Positions 12,625 through 24,569 of a stretch of 64,000 bases of DNA are shown here, in pieces. The position numbers and the translations under genes are program-made. Each line of letters opens with the position of its first letter. The first letter of the stretch is position 1. The stretch lies in assembly GCF_001194135.2 (NCBI RefSeq), contig NC_068981.1, positions 22,534,472 to 22,598,471 on the forward strand, read 5' to 3'. The notes below the pieces were generated by a model that had not been told where the DNA came from, made no database searches, and worked only from the letters and a program-made list of their open reading frames with translations. The DNA is from Octopus bimaculoides. Taxonomy: Eukaryota.

Positions 12625-12807
12625 CAGTGCCTTCATGCCTTCATGGTAAGGGGGAGTTTGCTTCTGAACCACATAGTCTGGGGTTCAGTCCTATTGTGTG
12701 ACACTTTGGGCAAAATCTTCTACTTTAGCCTTGGGCCAACCAAAATCTTGTGAGTGAATTTGGTCAACTGAAACTGAAAGAAGCCTGCCATATATATAAA
12801 TATATAT
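12625..12807 (+). mobile_element. SINE B head running into (TA)n and an N gap
   Basis: GGGTTCAGTCCTATTGTGTGACACTTTGGGCAAAATCTTC...GAAACTGAAAGAAGCC. Confidence 0.75.
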
Positions 12808-12949
12808 NNNNNNNNNNNNNNNNNNNNNNNNNNNNNNNNNNNNNNNNNNNNNNNNNNNNNNNNNNNNNNNNNNNNNNNNNNNNNNNNNNNNNNNNNNNNN
12901 NNNNNNNNNNNNNNNNNNNNNNNNNNNNNNNNNNTATATATATGAGACA

Positions 12950-13480
12950 GTACGTGGTGAACTTTTCTTTTACTGCTGATTCAGAAACGAAATTGTGAAG
13001 TTGAGAGGGTTAGCAAAACTTTTCATTTCTTTGGGTAACTTCCAGGGAACAGATTTCATTGATTATTTATTCCAAATTCAATGAAGAGTTATCAAGAGAT
13101 CTTTATAAAATATGGTAAAATGAGTTTCTGGAAATAAATGGATCTCTGAAGTTCTCCTCTTGATCAGCAGTTACAGCCTAAAATCGGCTGGTGGGGTTAT
13201 GTAGAATTGTGATGTAAGATTCACTGTCTTACCTCATTATTGTTTCCATGACAGCAATTGGAATCTACAAAAGATTTGTATTGTGCTTTTTAATGAAGAT
13301 GCAATTGGAATAACCATTGTGTTATTGTAGTCAGTGAAATCTAAACTATAACTGAAGATCAAAGATGGGATGAAGTTAGTAAGCAGAGTGAATCTTTGTT
13401 ATTGAGATAAGTCTGGGAATGCAGCAAGAATATTTAGGAATGCAGATTTCCAGTGTGTCTTTTGTGTTGATATCTGAAGA
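12950..13480 (-). pseudogene. Possible gag relic of the same Gypsy element
   Basis: Position upstream of the protease on the same strand; stop-interrupted peptides (ILAAFPDLSQ*QRFTLLTNFIPS; LLIKRRTSE) loosely resemble Gypsy gag by eye only. Confidence 0.3.
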
Positions 13481-14734
13481 ACCAGCAAAGAAAGAAATTT
13501 TATTGTATTTTACTGTGAAGAGACATGTCACAGAGTACTTTCCAGCTGTGAAAAGAATTATTTTCAAACATTTAAGCTAAATAAATTTTGGTATAACAAA
13601 AGAGATATGTACTAAAACACCTTATGTTTATACATGGTGAATGGAATATGAATAAATTCAAAACTAAACTTCAAATGAAAAAAATAAAAGAAACCAAGAA
13701 CAAAAGATGGTGTGATAGCAATGATATATACAAAGTTGTAAATGGACAGCAAAATGAAACCTGGAAATAAATATTGATGACCAATATCAAGAGGTCACAA
13801 TCAATCAGCATGAGTACAAAATGCATATCTGCATGTTTAATATGAAAGGAAAAAAGAAAAGACCCTAAGGTCTAAAGGAACTGGCCTTTGTTTCAAATAG
13901 TTGTAAAATGGCAGATTGCAGCAGTGAAACAAAAATTTTGACATCTCAGAAAATAAATGGCAAATGAATTTTAACAGTTTTGTGTATTTGCTTTTTCAAA
14001 GGATAATATGGCTTCTTCCATGTGACAACTGCTTCAATTTCAACATTCAGTATTAAGATGATGTTGCTTGTTACATTTGTAAAATTCTGAATATCATTCA
14101 ATACAGCCTACCCAACCACATCATCTCTTTTTCATCCTTCCTCTGTCTATGGTATCATCACTATTGATCTGCTTCTCTCCTTTTTTTTACACAATAACCC
14201 ATTCCTTCAACTTAGACATCATTGGTCAGCCCCAACCTCTTATCTAGTATTCACTACATCCATCTTTCAACCCTCTCCAGTTTTTGCATTTGTTACCTAC
14301 CTCTTTTCACCCATTCCCTAATCTCTCGCTATCACATACTCTTGCAGCCTTGCACTCATGTTCCTGTTTTCTCTGTCCCCGCTCATCTGGTACCTTGAGG
14401 GTCCACTCAGACAAATTGTCACCACTATTTTATCTTTTTCCTGTTTCTCCTGGTCATTCTCACTCTCTCTTGTAAATGTGAGCAGCCATGTAGAGAGTGC
14501 CTCTACACCAAGACATGTGCTCTGCCTCCCTTTCTCATGCTTTAGTCTCTCATCTCGTAGCAAAAAGCCATCCCCTCACCCTGGCATTTTACCTGGCATG
14601 CTAACAATTCTGCCAGCACGCTGCCCTCTAATGGAATAATATTGAAGTATTGTATGCTCTTTTACCCTCTGTTCATTCATAGACAAAAGATGTCTCAACA
14701 TAAGGGGTAAAAAAACTGGCCATATCCAGCTAAA

Positions 14735-14910
14735 ATATTCAACCTGCTTAGGTTCAAACTGACCAGATCTTGCCTATCATACCTACCCTGTAATGTCATT
14801 CTAAAAATAGTCACATTGAAATCTCGAAGATGCACAATAATGCATGATTAATTCCAAGCAATGTAAATAAGCATTACATTTGACAAAATAATCTAAAGAA
14901 TTAAGGATGT
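14735..14910 (-). mobile_element. Decayed copy of the piggyBac-like MITE at 38255-38458
   Basis: GCATGATTAATTCCAAGCAATGTAAATAAGCATTACATTTGACA is the reverse complement of the internal sequence at 38275-38325. Confidence 0.65.
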
Positions 14911-16586
14911 ATTTCATAGCATTAAAACGAGATTAATCTTCCCCTGGAGAGGCTGCTAACCACCAGTGACTGTTTGAGATGACGTGATACTTATTTCTTA
15001 CTGTACATAGAATTAAGTGTAGCTAAAAATGCTTTAAAAAATTGTTTACAATGAATTTAAAATCAAGGCTAGTATAGTCTTATATCCACTGAACAATTTC
15101 ATTTGCATGTGTGTGCAAATGTGTTTGTATGTATATGTGTGTGTATGCATATATATGCACATATCTATATAAGAGAGATAAATATATATAGATATCATTA
15201 TAGGTTTATAGGTAGATATGTCATATATTACAAATGTGTAAACACATCTATATATATATGAGTTAGTGTGTATACGCATGAACAAATATAAGAAATCTAA
15301 AACCTATTTAATTGCCAAAGCTATTTCTGTGTTAGATGCTTTCAGAATTATATAAACACTTAGAACTTCTACTTCATTATTTCAAGTCATTTGAAAATCT
15401 GCCTTCTAACCAAATTTTATTCTCTTGCCTTCTATATAAATATTTCCTTTTCAATGTTAACACTCTCTAGTTTTAGAGATTGTTAAGATCTTCACTTTGA
15501 AATCAACCATGTTTCATTTTAATTCTGAATTCAGTGACTTTCTTCTACAAGTGAGAATCTCTCTCCATTTCAGTTAGATTTCAATGGTTCATAACATAAT
15601 CGTCAGAAAATTTTTAATGTATTTTTATATTGAACTTTATCATGAGATCAGTGTGTTTTAATATTGGAAAACTGCTGGAAATAAATAACTTTAAAATAAA
15701 ATAGTGAAAATGGTTGGGTCTTAATGTTGTGGGTTATTGTTTGTAAGAGATTTGTTTAAATCATATTTCTGAGCTTAGTGTATCATAAAGGGTTGAACCA
15801 AGCACATATTTATGATATTTTGATATAATGATATAGGAGTGAGTTCTCACTAGACATCATTCATCTTTGAGTTTTAATGCTCTAGTCAATGACCTGAGAT
15901 TATTGTTACTTAATGTAACAGTTTTCTGAAGCAATTGTATATATAGTCAATAACTATATATACATGAGTATGTATGCGTATATATGTATAATAGCAAATA
16001 ACATTTGGAGTAGTTATATATTAGGCTGCAAAGTAAGCACTCACACAATGCAGCAAGCATTTTAACTTTACTCAAAGAGGCAAACATTGAACAATGCTTA
16101 AATCAAATAAAGGAATGGATGACAATTTGAATTTAAAAAAATACATTGAAATGAATTAATGCACCAAAATCACAACTAAAGTTGGAAATAAGCAACGTAA
16201 TGAAAGGAGGAAGAATCTCTTTGGCAGATGTGGAGTTCTCCTCAAAATGTAATGTGTCTTGTCACACCAATAGAAAAGAATAAAATATTGAACAATATTG
16301 GTATAGGCATGATTATGCGATTTAGAAGTTCACTTCCCAGTCACATTGTTTCAGGTTTAGTTCCACTGTGTGGCACCTAAGGGCAGTGTCTTTTGCTATA
16401 GTCTTGGGCTAATCAAAGCTGTGATAGATGAGTGAGAGGTGTGAGGTGTGTGTGTACATGCACACATACTTGATCTTTTATTCAGTTTCCATCGACCAAA
16501 TTTCACTCTGAAGCTTCTGATCTACACAGAGCTTTGGCAGAAGAGACTTAGCTTAAGTGTCATACATTAGAAACAGATTTTGAGTA

Positions 16587-16952
16587 GGCATAGCTGTACA
16601 ATAAGAATTTTGCTTCCCAGCTACATGATTCCAGGTTCAGTCCCACTGTGTGACACCTTGGACATGTCTCTTCTACTATAGGTTCAGGCCAACCTTGTGA
16701 GTGGATTTGGTTGATGGAAACTGAAAGAAGCATGTCAGAAGTGTGAGTGTGACTGTGGTTGTCCACTATCACCACTTGAAAACTAACGTTGGTGTATTAA
16801 TGTCCCCCATGACTAAACAGTTTGACAAAAGAGAATGATAAAATGAGTGCCAGGCTTAAAAAAAAAGTACTGGGATTGATACATTCAACTAAAATTCTTC
16901 AAGGTGGTGTCGCAGCATGGCTGCAGTCGAGACTGACACCAGTAAAAGATAA
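16587..16952 (+). mobile_element. Near full-length decayed SINE B
   Basis: Head CAGGTTCAGTCCCACTGTGTGACACCTTGGAC through tail GCAGCATGGCTGCAGTC...AGTAAAAGA. Confidence 0.8.
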
Positions 16953-18273
16953 CAAATAAGATGTTGTGAAGCAAACTCCCTAACACCTGCATTTACCCCA
17001 AAGGTTGCTTAACAGCTCTGAGGTTTCCCTAATAACCAACCTTCTAATTATTAATCAGGTTTAGCATTGCTTCACTCTGTTGATCAAGCAAGAGATAATT
17101 TTTCATGGTGATAGGGATAAGATTTTTAATATACGTGATATTAGATATAATAAGCACCAATTTGAGAACCAGCAACCTACTGATGGCTTGTTTGGCAAAT
17201 AATAGATACATCATTTTGAGTTTCATTAATGAACCAGTTTTTCGTTATAGGTCTCAAATTGACACACATTATGTCTGTGTGTATACATAGACACAAATAC
17301 TTGTTCAATATACGCATATACATTGTTATACTTACACATACACATTCATTTATTTTTGCTCGCAGAGACATATATATTTAATTTGAAATGGTAGCTGGTT
17401 GATTGAAATGCTTGCCTCCTGCTGAAAAGAATAGGGATAACAATGATGCTGACGATAACAGCATAGGATACAGCCAGTCATTCATTACACAACTCTAATT
17501 CAGTGTTAACACAGAAACATTCTATAGTTTGATTGGTGGAGAGAGAAATACACTGTAATATTGAAATTATTTCAATTTATTTTATGCATTTATTTAATTA
17601 TTTATTAAAATTTTCATTGAAAAATTTGCTTATTTGTTTACTTATTAACAAATTTATTTATATTTAGTTATTTTTATATTTATTTCTATTTCTATTTATT
17701 TATTAATGTATTCCTTTCATAGTGTGTCTGCATTGTTTGGTTTGACAACTGGCACTCTGTGAACATTTCTCTCAATAGCTCTGATAAACTGACTGTAAAG
17801 GTATATTTGATTAGTTAGTTGTTCACTTGATTCATAACCAACAGATTAACTCAATCCAAAGCTTTCTGGTTGAAATTGCAGGATACTGGCTGAGCTGGAC
17901 ATCGTTTTCATGGCTGACCGATTAAACACATTTTCTAGCCTTTTGCTAAGAGAGGGAAAGAAAGAAAGAAAGAGACAATGTATACTGCATATATGCAGAA
18001 AGAGTAGGAGATAGAGATGGGTCTCTATGCATACATACAAACACATGCACACACACACACACCGTGAGAGAGTGTGTGTGAGAAAATGGTGTTTGTGTAT
18101 GTGCATATATAAAGATAGTGAAAGGGATTGGTTTAATGTAGATATACACACATACACACACAACATAAAATTTACAGAAAGAGTGAATGACAATGAAAGA
18201 GAAAGCGGGTATAGGGGTGTGTGTTTATATATACGGGGAGAAAGAAAAAGAGAGATTTGCCTGCATCTTTCTG

Positions 18274-18304
<31 letters not shown>

Positions 18305-19752
18305 TGAAAGAGAAAGCAAGTGTGTGTGTGTAAACATATACAAGGAGGGAGTCGTAAATACATTGTTATATACAGAAAGAGGGAGATATAGTGAGAGAAA
18401 AATGTAAAGAAACAATAATAGAGATAGAGTACACATACACTACAAAAATATATGCACACAGGTATGTGTTCGTGTGTGTAGATGTGTGCGTAAGTACGCA
18501 TAAAGAGAGAGAATGGGGTTGGGAGCAAACCTTGTTTTGCATAAAGTTCTCTTTGTAGTAAAAGCAACAAGACATGACAAATTATTGAAATTATAGCCAT
18601 CTATAGGTTGTTTCTCAAAGAGAAACCTATATTTGTGAATAGATTGGTAATAAATCACCAATTGGCATAATAGGAACACATAAATGGATTTATGTGTTTT
18701 GATATTTTTCTAGAATTATTTCAGTAAAGCAATTACTATCTACAGTAATGTATCTGCTCTGATATTGCAGTCCTTGTGCTTGTTTGTCAGACTGCTGTTT
18801 TTGCAAAACTATATGCATCTCACCAAAAATATATGCTTAGTATAAATAATATAGAAAATCTTACTGGTTTATATTGTCTGAATAGATGGATATATATGTT
18901 TATTAGAAAATACACAAGTGTGTTTGTGTGCATATAAATGCAAGGAAGCAGGTGTATGAATGTATTTGTGATGTATGTATGCCTGACTGAACAAATGAAA
19001 TGGGGAAGTCTATTAACCAATTTAATGTTGTGCTGTTTGTATGTTTTCTCTTGCAGCTCATTTGGTTAGTAAGAGAAGCGGGCAATTTATGATATCTATG
19101 TTAAGAAGAGGATGTTGGTTCAGCTAAAAAAGATGAGCTGTTAAAGAATATGGATAGAACAAAATTAAAGAAGCTAACAGACTTTCCTCTCATTTTCTTC
19201 AATGTTTGAACAAACATGTATTCAGAAAATGCACTTTTTTTCTCTTTCTTTTTTATCTTGTTTTATTCATTGGACAGCAGCCATGCTGGGGCACTGCCAT
19301 GTTGGGTTTAGTCAAATAAACTGACCTCAGGTACTTATTCTATTACTCTTTTTTGCTGACCAGCTTAGTTATAGGAGCATAAACAAACATCAATTTTCAA
19401 GCAGTGGCAAGGAACAAATACAAAGACACATGCATGTGCATGTGTCTTCTATCTGGCCAGCTCCTGTCAAACCATCCAACCTGTGCCTGCATGGAAGATG
19501 GACATTAAACGATGATGATGATGATATATATAATGATATATGCAACATGATGTTCTGTGATGGTAAGATCAACAAAAAAGTACTCCATCTGGTGAGAGAT
19601 AAATATTTAATAGACACAATATATGTTTTTATGTGCTACTAATAGTTTCATATGCTTCCTTCTCAACCTTTTGCGTTTCTTCTCTCATTCACTTTTTAGT
19701 TTATGATCTTTGGTTTGTGCCTGATGAATATGTTTTAGGTATTATATATAAT

Positions 19753-20420
19753 ATCATCATCATCGTCGTTTAACATTCGCTTTTCATGCTAGCATGGGTT
19801 GGACGATTTGACTGAGGACTAGCGAACCAGATGGCTACACCAGGCTTCAATCTAATTTGGCAGAGTTCCTACAGCTGGATGCCCTTCCTAACACCAACCA
19901 CTCCGAGAGTGTAGTGGGTGCTTTTACGTGTCACCGGCACGAAGACCAGTCAGGCAGTACTGGCAACGGCCATGCTCAAAATGGTGTATTTTATGTGCCA
20001 ACTGCACAGGAGCCAGTCCAGCGGCACTGGCAACAACCTTGCNNNNNNNNNNGGCAGTACTGGCAACGGCCATGCTCAAAATGGTGTATTTTATGTGCCA
20101 ACTGCACAGGAGCCAGTCCAGCGGCACTGGCAACAACCTTGCTCGAATATTTTTTCACGTGCCACCGGCACAAGTGCCAGTAAGGCGACGCTGGTAACGA
20201 TCATGCTCAAATGGTGCTATTTACATGCCACTGGCATGGACGCCAGACAGCTGCTCTGGCAATGATCACTCTCGGATGGTGCTCTTAGCACTCCACTGGT
20301 ACAGGTGCCATCACGATTTCAATTTCACTTGCCCCCAACAGGTCTTCGCAAGCTAAGTTTAGTGTCCAATGAAGGAGAGGTTGGTATGGGTGACAGTTGT
20401 CGAATTTGGTTCAATTTCGA
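19753..20420 (-). mobile_element. RTE LINE 3' end, family A, long copy with 4-5 internal modules
   Basis: (CAT)n tail, conserved 3' motif, modules TTTACGTGCCACCGGCAC...CTGGCAACG; 19953-20042 is repeated at 20053-20142 across a 10-N gap. Confidence 0.92.
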
Positions 20421-20448
20421 TATATATATATCATAATTTCTTTTTACA

Positions 20449-20670
20449 CAGAAACACTATTAGAACAGCAGAAATATTGGGTTAATTACCCTTACAAAGT
20501 GGAAAAATTTGTCAACAACCAGCCATGAAACTCAAACCCACATCCCTCAAAGACTCCAACTAAGTGCTTTATCATTAAGCTAAACTGTCCGCTGACAAAT
20601 TCATCCACAAATTTAGAAAATTTGTAAGGGCAATTTATCCTATATTTCTGCTGTTCTAATGGCGTTTCTG
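20449..20670. mobile_element. MITE-like element with ~50-bp outer TIRs plus inner inverted repeat
   Basis: Left CAGAAACACTATTAGAACAGCAGAAATATTGGGTTAATTACCCTTACAAA versus reverse complement of right CAGAAACGCCATTAGAACAGCAGAAATATAGGATAAATTGCCCTTACAAA; CA dinucleotide on both flanks. Confidence 0.85.
20518..20589 (-). pseudogene. Degenerate tRNA-like cloverleaf (72 nt) inside the MITE; not a functional tRNA
   Basis: GACAGTT-TA-GCTT/AATGATA/AAGC-A-CTTAG/TTGGAGT/CTTTG-AGGGAT-GTGGG/TTTGAGT/TTCAT-GGCTGGT. D stem is perfect, T and acceptor stems are G.U-rich, anticodon stem pairs only 3 of 5. Confidence 0.7.
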
Positions 20671-20762
20671 CATTTGAAAAATAAAATTATCATCTAATTG
20701 TATCTTACAATACATGTTTTGATGCTTACCTCAAAATAAATATTAGTTTGTATTTATATACA

Positions 20763-20810
<48 letters not shown>

Positions 20811-21546
20811 TACATATACACACACATGCACATGCGTCTTCCATGTAGTTTCCATCTGTACCGAATTCACTCACAAGGCATTTGCTCAAGGTGCTATGCT
20901 ATGGGGCTGAACCTAAAACCACATGATTGCAAAATGAATTTCTGAACCACACAGCCATGCTCGAGCCTATATACTCTTATATATACATACTTTTTTAATG
21001 GCTTAGTGAGAGGAAGATGTGAGATGGCCTTCTCAAAGGAAAGGAAGAAGTGGTTCTTAAGCCAAATGCTCAAAGCATCCAAATGATAGATAAAAGCTGA
21101 AGGCATCCAAGTAATAGATAAAATTTATCTCCTAAAAACATGGTCTTTCCCTTTGATAGAGCTTCCAATAGATTCCACAAATTCAATTTAACTCCCAAGA
21201 CTTTCAATGAACTGAGGTCATGGTAAGAAACATTTGCATTAGTATTCCCACGGTAGGATTGAACATAAATCTTTGTATTTGCAAAGCAAACTTCTTAACC
21301 AGGCAGCCATGCCTGTTATCATGCACACATAAGCAAAGGTGAAGATAGACATGCACATACCTTTTCACACTTGCACACCATAAATGCACATTCCTTTGTT
21401 CTTGTTTTAGTCATTGGACTGTGACCAGGCTGCAGCACCATTTTGGCAGCTTTAGTCAGTCAAATTGATTGTAGTATTTAGGCCTTATGCTTATTCTGTT
21501 GGTTTGGTTTTTTTTTTACTGTTAGATTACTGGAACTTAAACATAA

Positions 21547-21655
21547 GCGCAGGAGAGGCTGTGTGGTAAGTAACTTGCTTACCAACCACATGGTTCTGGG
21601 TTCATTCCCACTGCGTGGTACCTTGGGCAAGTGTCTTCTACTATAGCCTCAGGCA
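21547..21655 (+). mobile_element. Young SINE B head, 3'-truncated
   Basis: GCGCAGGAGAGGCTGTGTGGTAAGTAACTTGC...GGGTTCATTCCCACTGCGTGGTACCTTGGGCAAGTGTCTTC, ending abruptly at CTCAGGC. Confidence 0.88.
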
Positions 21656-22517
21656 CATACAAAAGTCATAGACTGGATCAGTATAATTTTGCTCTGTTCC
21701 AGTATGAGATCCAATGTCTATGAAGACAAGGTCAAACAAAATAAAAATCATGAGCCACTATATAGTTGTTTAGTCTCAAGTGAGTCCAGATTGGGCATAC
21801 CAATAATCAAATGTATTCCAGTACTGGTATTGCCATGTCTTTTTAGAATTACCTATGACTGTTGTTCAATTTTTTGTGTTATAGGATGCCATTTGAGGAA
21901 GCTTTAGCTACTATTTTTAGCAATTTGAGTAACTTCATAGAATCTTTCATGTGCCTGTAGCTACCTTTATGTATGTTTGGTACATATATTTGTGTGTAAA
22001 TTCAATATAGCCATATCTTCACCTTACGGTATACCCTGTCATATCTTCACCATTTGTCTTTTCCAGCTGGGGTAACTATATATCTTCCTAGAATATACCT
22101 GTTTCTAACCCTATAACATACTTTAGCCACTCATCATCTGGTATAAAGCCACCGCTCTCTTTCAGTTCAGGTCTTGTCTTGCAAGTTACTTGGTGACCTC
22201 ACTAACCCTGGTGCCATGTATAAAAAGAAAAAAACAAAAACACCTAGTACACTCAGCAAAGGGGTTGACATTAAGAGGGGCATTTAGCTATAGACACCAT
22301 GCCAAAATAGATATTGGAGTTTGGTATAGTTCTCTGGCTTATCAGTTTCTGCCAAACCATCCAACTCTTGCCAGTGTGGAAAGTGGACCATTAAGTGGTG
22401 ATGATGATGAAATACAGACTATATGCAATAATGGAAAAACTTTGCACATAAAATATATTGTACTAAGAATTTGACAGCTATGTGTGGACTGTGGCACTGA
22501 AGAAATGTAATAATACC

Positions 22518-23199
22518 GGCATAACTAAAGAGTTGTACCCCCCAGACTTTGGAAGGTCATAACTTTCAGAAAAAATGAATATTTTTTAATGAAATTTTCT
22601 ATGCATATAGTATTTATTATGTAGATTCCAAATATACAAAAATGTCCGGTGAAAGTGTTTTGAAATGGGGGTGGGGGACAATTTTCGGAAATTCCAACAG
22701 AGTCCACTTAAATTCTTCTTAACTTCCAGGAAAATTAATATTTTTTCGTAAAATTTTCTACAAATATACCTTGATGTATGTACATTTCGAGCATGTAGGA
22801 AATTTGAAGGAAACAAGTACAGGTTATTTTTGAGAAACGTTCCCCACTCGGTGGTGTTTCGGAGCAAGTCGTCCATATTTGTTTCATTTTTTTCTATTAT
22901 GTGCATATGTGCATCCGTAGATTTGTAATGCAGTAATAAGCAGAAAAGAGAAGCCGTCATAAGAAAACTTACGTTAAAAACAACATGCACACGATTTTTT
23001 TTCTCAATAGAAGTAAATTCCAAAGTAAACGTTTCTAGTAGAGAAGTAGAAGAGAACAGAAGCAGCGTATTACTTCATTACAAATCTACGGATGCACATA
23101 ATAAATACTATATGCATAGAAAATTTCATTAAAAAATATTCATTTTTCTGAAAGTTATGACCTTCCAAAGTCTGCGGGGTACAACTCTGTAGTTATGCC
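22518..23199. mobile_element. Non-autonomous DNA transposon (MITE), 682 bp, ~103-bp TIRs, 8-bp TSD
   Basis: TIR GGCATAACTA(A/C)AGAGTTGTACCCC(C/G)CAGACTTTGGAAGGTCATAAC... at 22518-22620 and about 23097-23199; perfect TSD ATAATACC at 22510-22517 and 23200-23207. Confidence 0.95.
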
Positions 23200-24051
23200 A
23201 TAATACCAAAACATGTCATGAATTATTAACTTAGCTGCTGAACAGAAGTTTAGTTTCTCTGTCTGTCTGTCTGTCTCTTTCTCTCTCTCTCTCTCTCTCA
23301 TACACACACCTTTATCTAACTTTTGATTGAATAAATGTTCAGGATTTCTCTCCCTTGCTCCTTTTGAAATAAATTTTCATTGATACTAATGATTTTTCCT
23401 AATGCAGTTACAGTTCAAACTGATAAAATTATTTTTTGTTCAGCACCCAAAGTATGGTGCAATGCACTTAATTATACATCCATTTAATAGTTACACTCTT
23501 GCATAATAATTGCAAACAATGCCTTATGATATTGTATACTCCATAGCACAATAGCAACATGATAGCATTGCTATTGTGCTGAACAACAGGTCATATCAGA
23601 TGGTAAATGGAGGACAGAGATTTCTGGCGCAGCATTGTGAGACACATCTCAATTGCAGCCACTTGAAGAATAAGAAGATTATTATACACTAAATATATTA
23701 ATCATATTTAGATGAACTTTCAGTTAACTTGTCATTTTTATGGCAGCTTTTCTCACTGATTAATTTTAATTTTATCTTCATAAAGTACACATTCCAAAAT
23801 GAAATTCATCTCAATTATTTCTTTGCTATTTGTTTCCCAGCTTGATCATGTAAATTATAAATATATAATTTACATATGTGTGTGTGAGTGTTTGTGTGTC
23901 TTGTGCATCTGTTCATTTTATAGAATAGTTTTTTTCTTCTCCATCAAGTTTTGTTTTCCCACTTAGTTATCTTTTACCAAATCTCTACTATTTAAACTTG
24001 ATAACTATTACATGCACCATGCACATATGCATTTATACTCTCTCTTTCTCT

Positions 24052-24090
<39 letters not shown>

Positions 24091-24569
24091 AAAACCTCTT
24101 CCATCCACCTCTGGTCACCGACATGCACTTCTCACACCCTACACTAAACACTTCACCCAATTCTTCTTCCCTATAACTGTGACCCTCTGTAACTTCCTCT
24201 CCTTTCTTTTCTAACAAACATCAACCAACAAATTTTAAGGCTCAACATGAACCATTTTGATCACACTAGGCAGACAATGATCATGGGCCCTACTTCCCTT
24301 CCCATCTCTCATAATTTTATATATATAAACTAAACCTCATCACATTTCCATGTTGTAATAAGGTGAGAGGCTGAGTATAGTCAAAACTGCTTGGATATAC
24401 CATCAAACATCTCAGTTTAAGATCTTGCTTATTCACTCTTAGCCTTGTCCATGTTTCCAAGTATTGAAGCCAGTAGCAATATAAATTAAATATAAATTTA
24501 TTGTACTAACCCCTAGTACCACCAGCACCTATATCAGGGTGGTTTGAGAAGCCAATGAGCATGCCTGAA

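Noticed and set aside
17723-17800. 78-nt plus-strand exon candidate (CVCIVWFDNWHSVNISLNSSDKLTVK)
   Set aside because: No recognisable homology, and no phase-compatible neighbouring exon could be supported.
19953-20142. 90-bp tandem duplication within family A
   Set aside because: Exact overlap on either side of a 10-N placeholder gap; typical assembly artefact.
19921-20330. CRISPR-like repeat/spacer appearance
   Set aside because: Eukaryotic context, spacers homologous to each other, the same array in several dispersed copies, no cas genes; it is a LINE 3' UTR.
22586-23023. 145-aa ORF as a transposase
   Set aside because: TTG start, no DDE or other recognisable motif, and it runs into the TIR; the element is too short to be autonomous.
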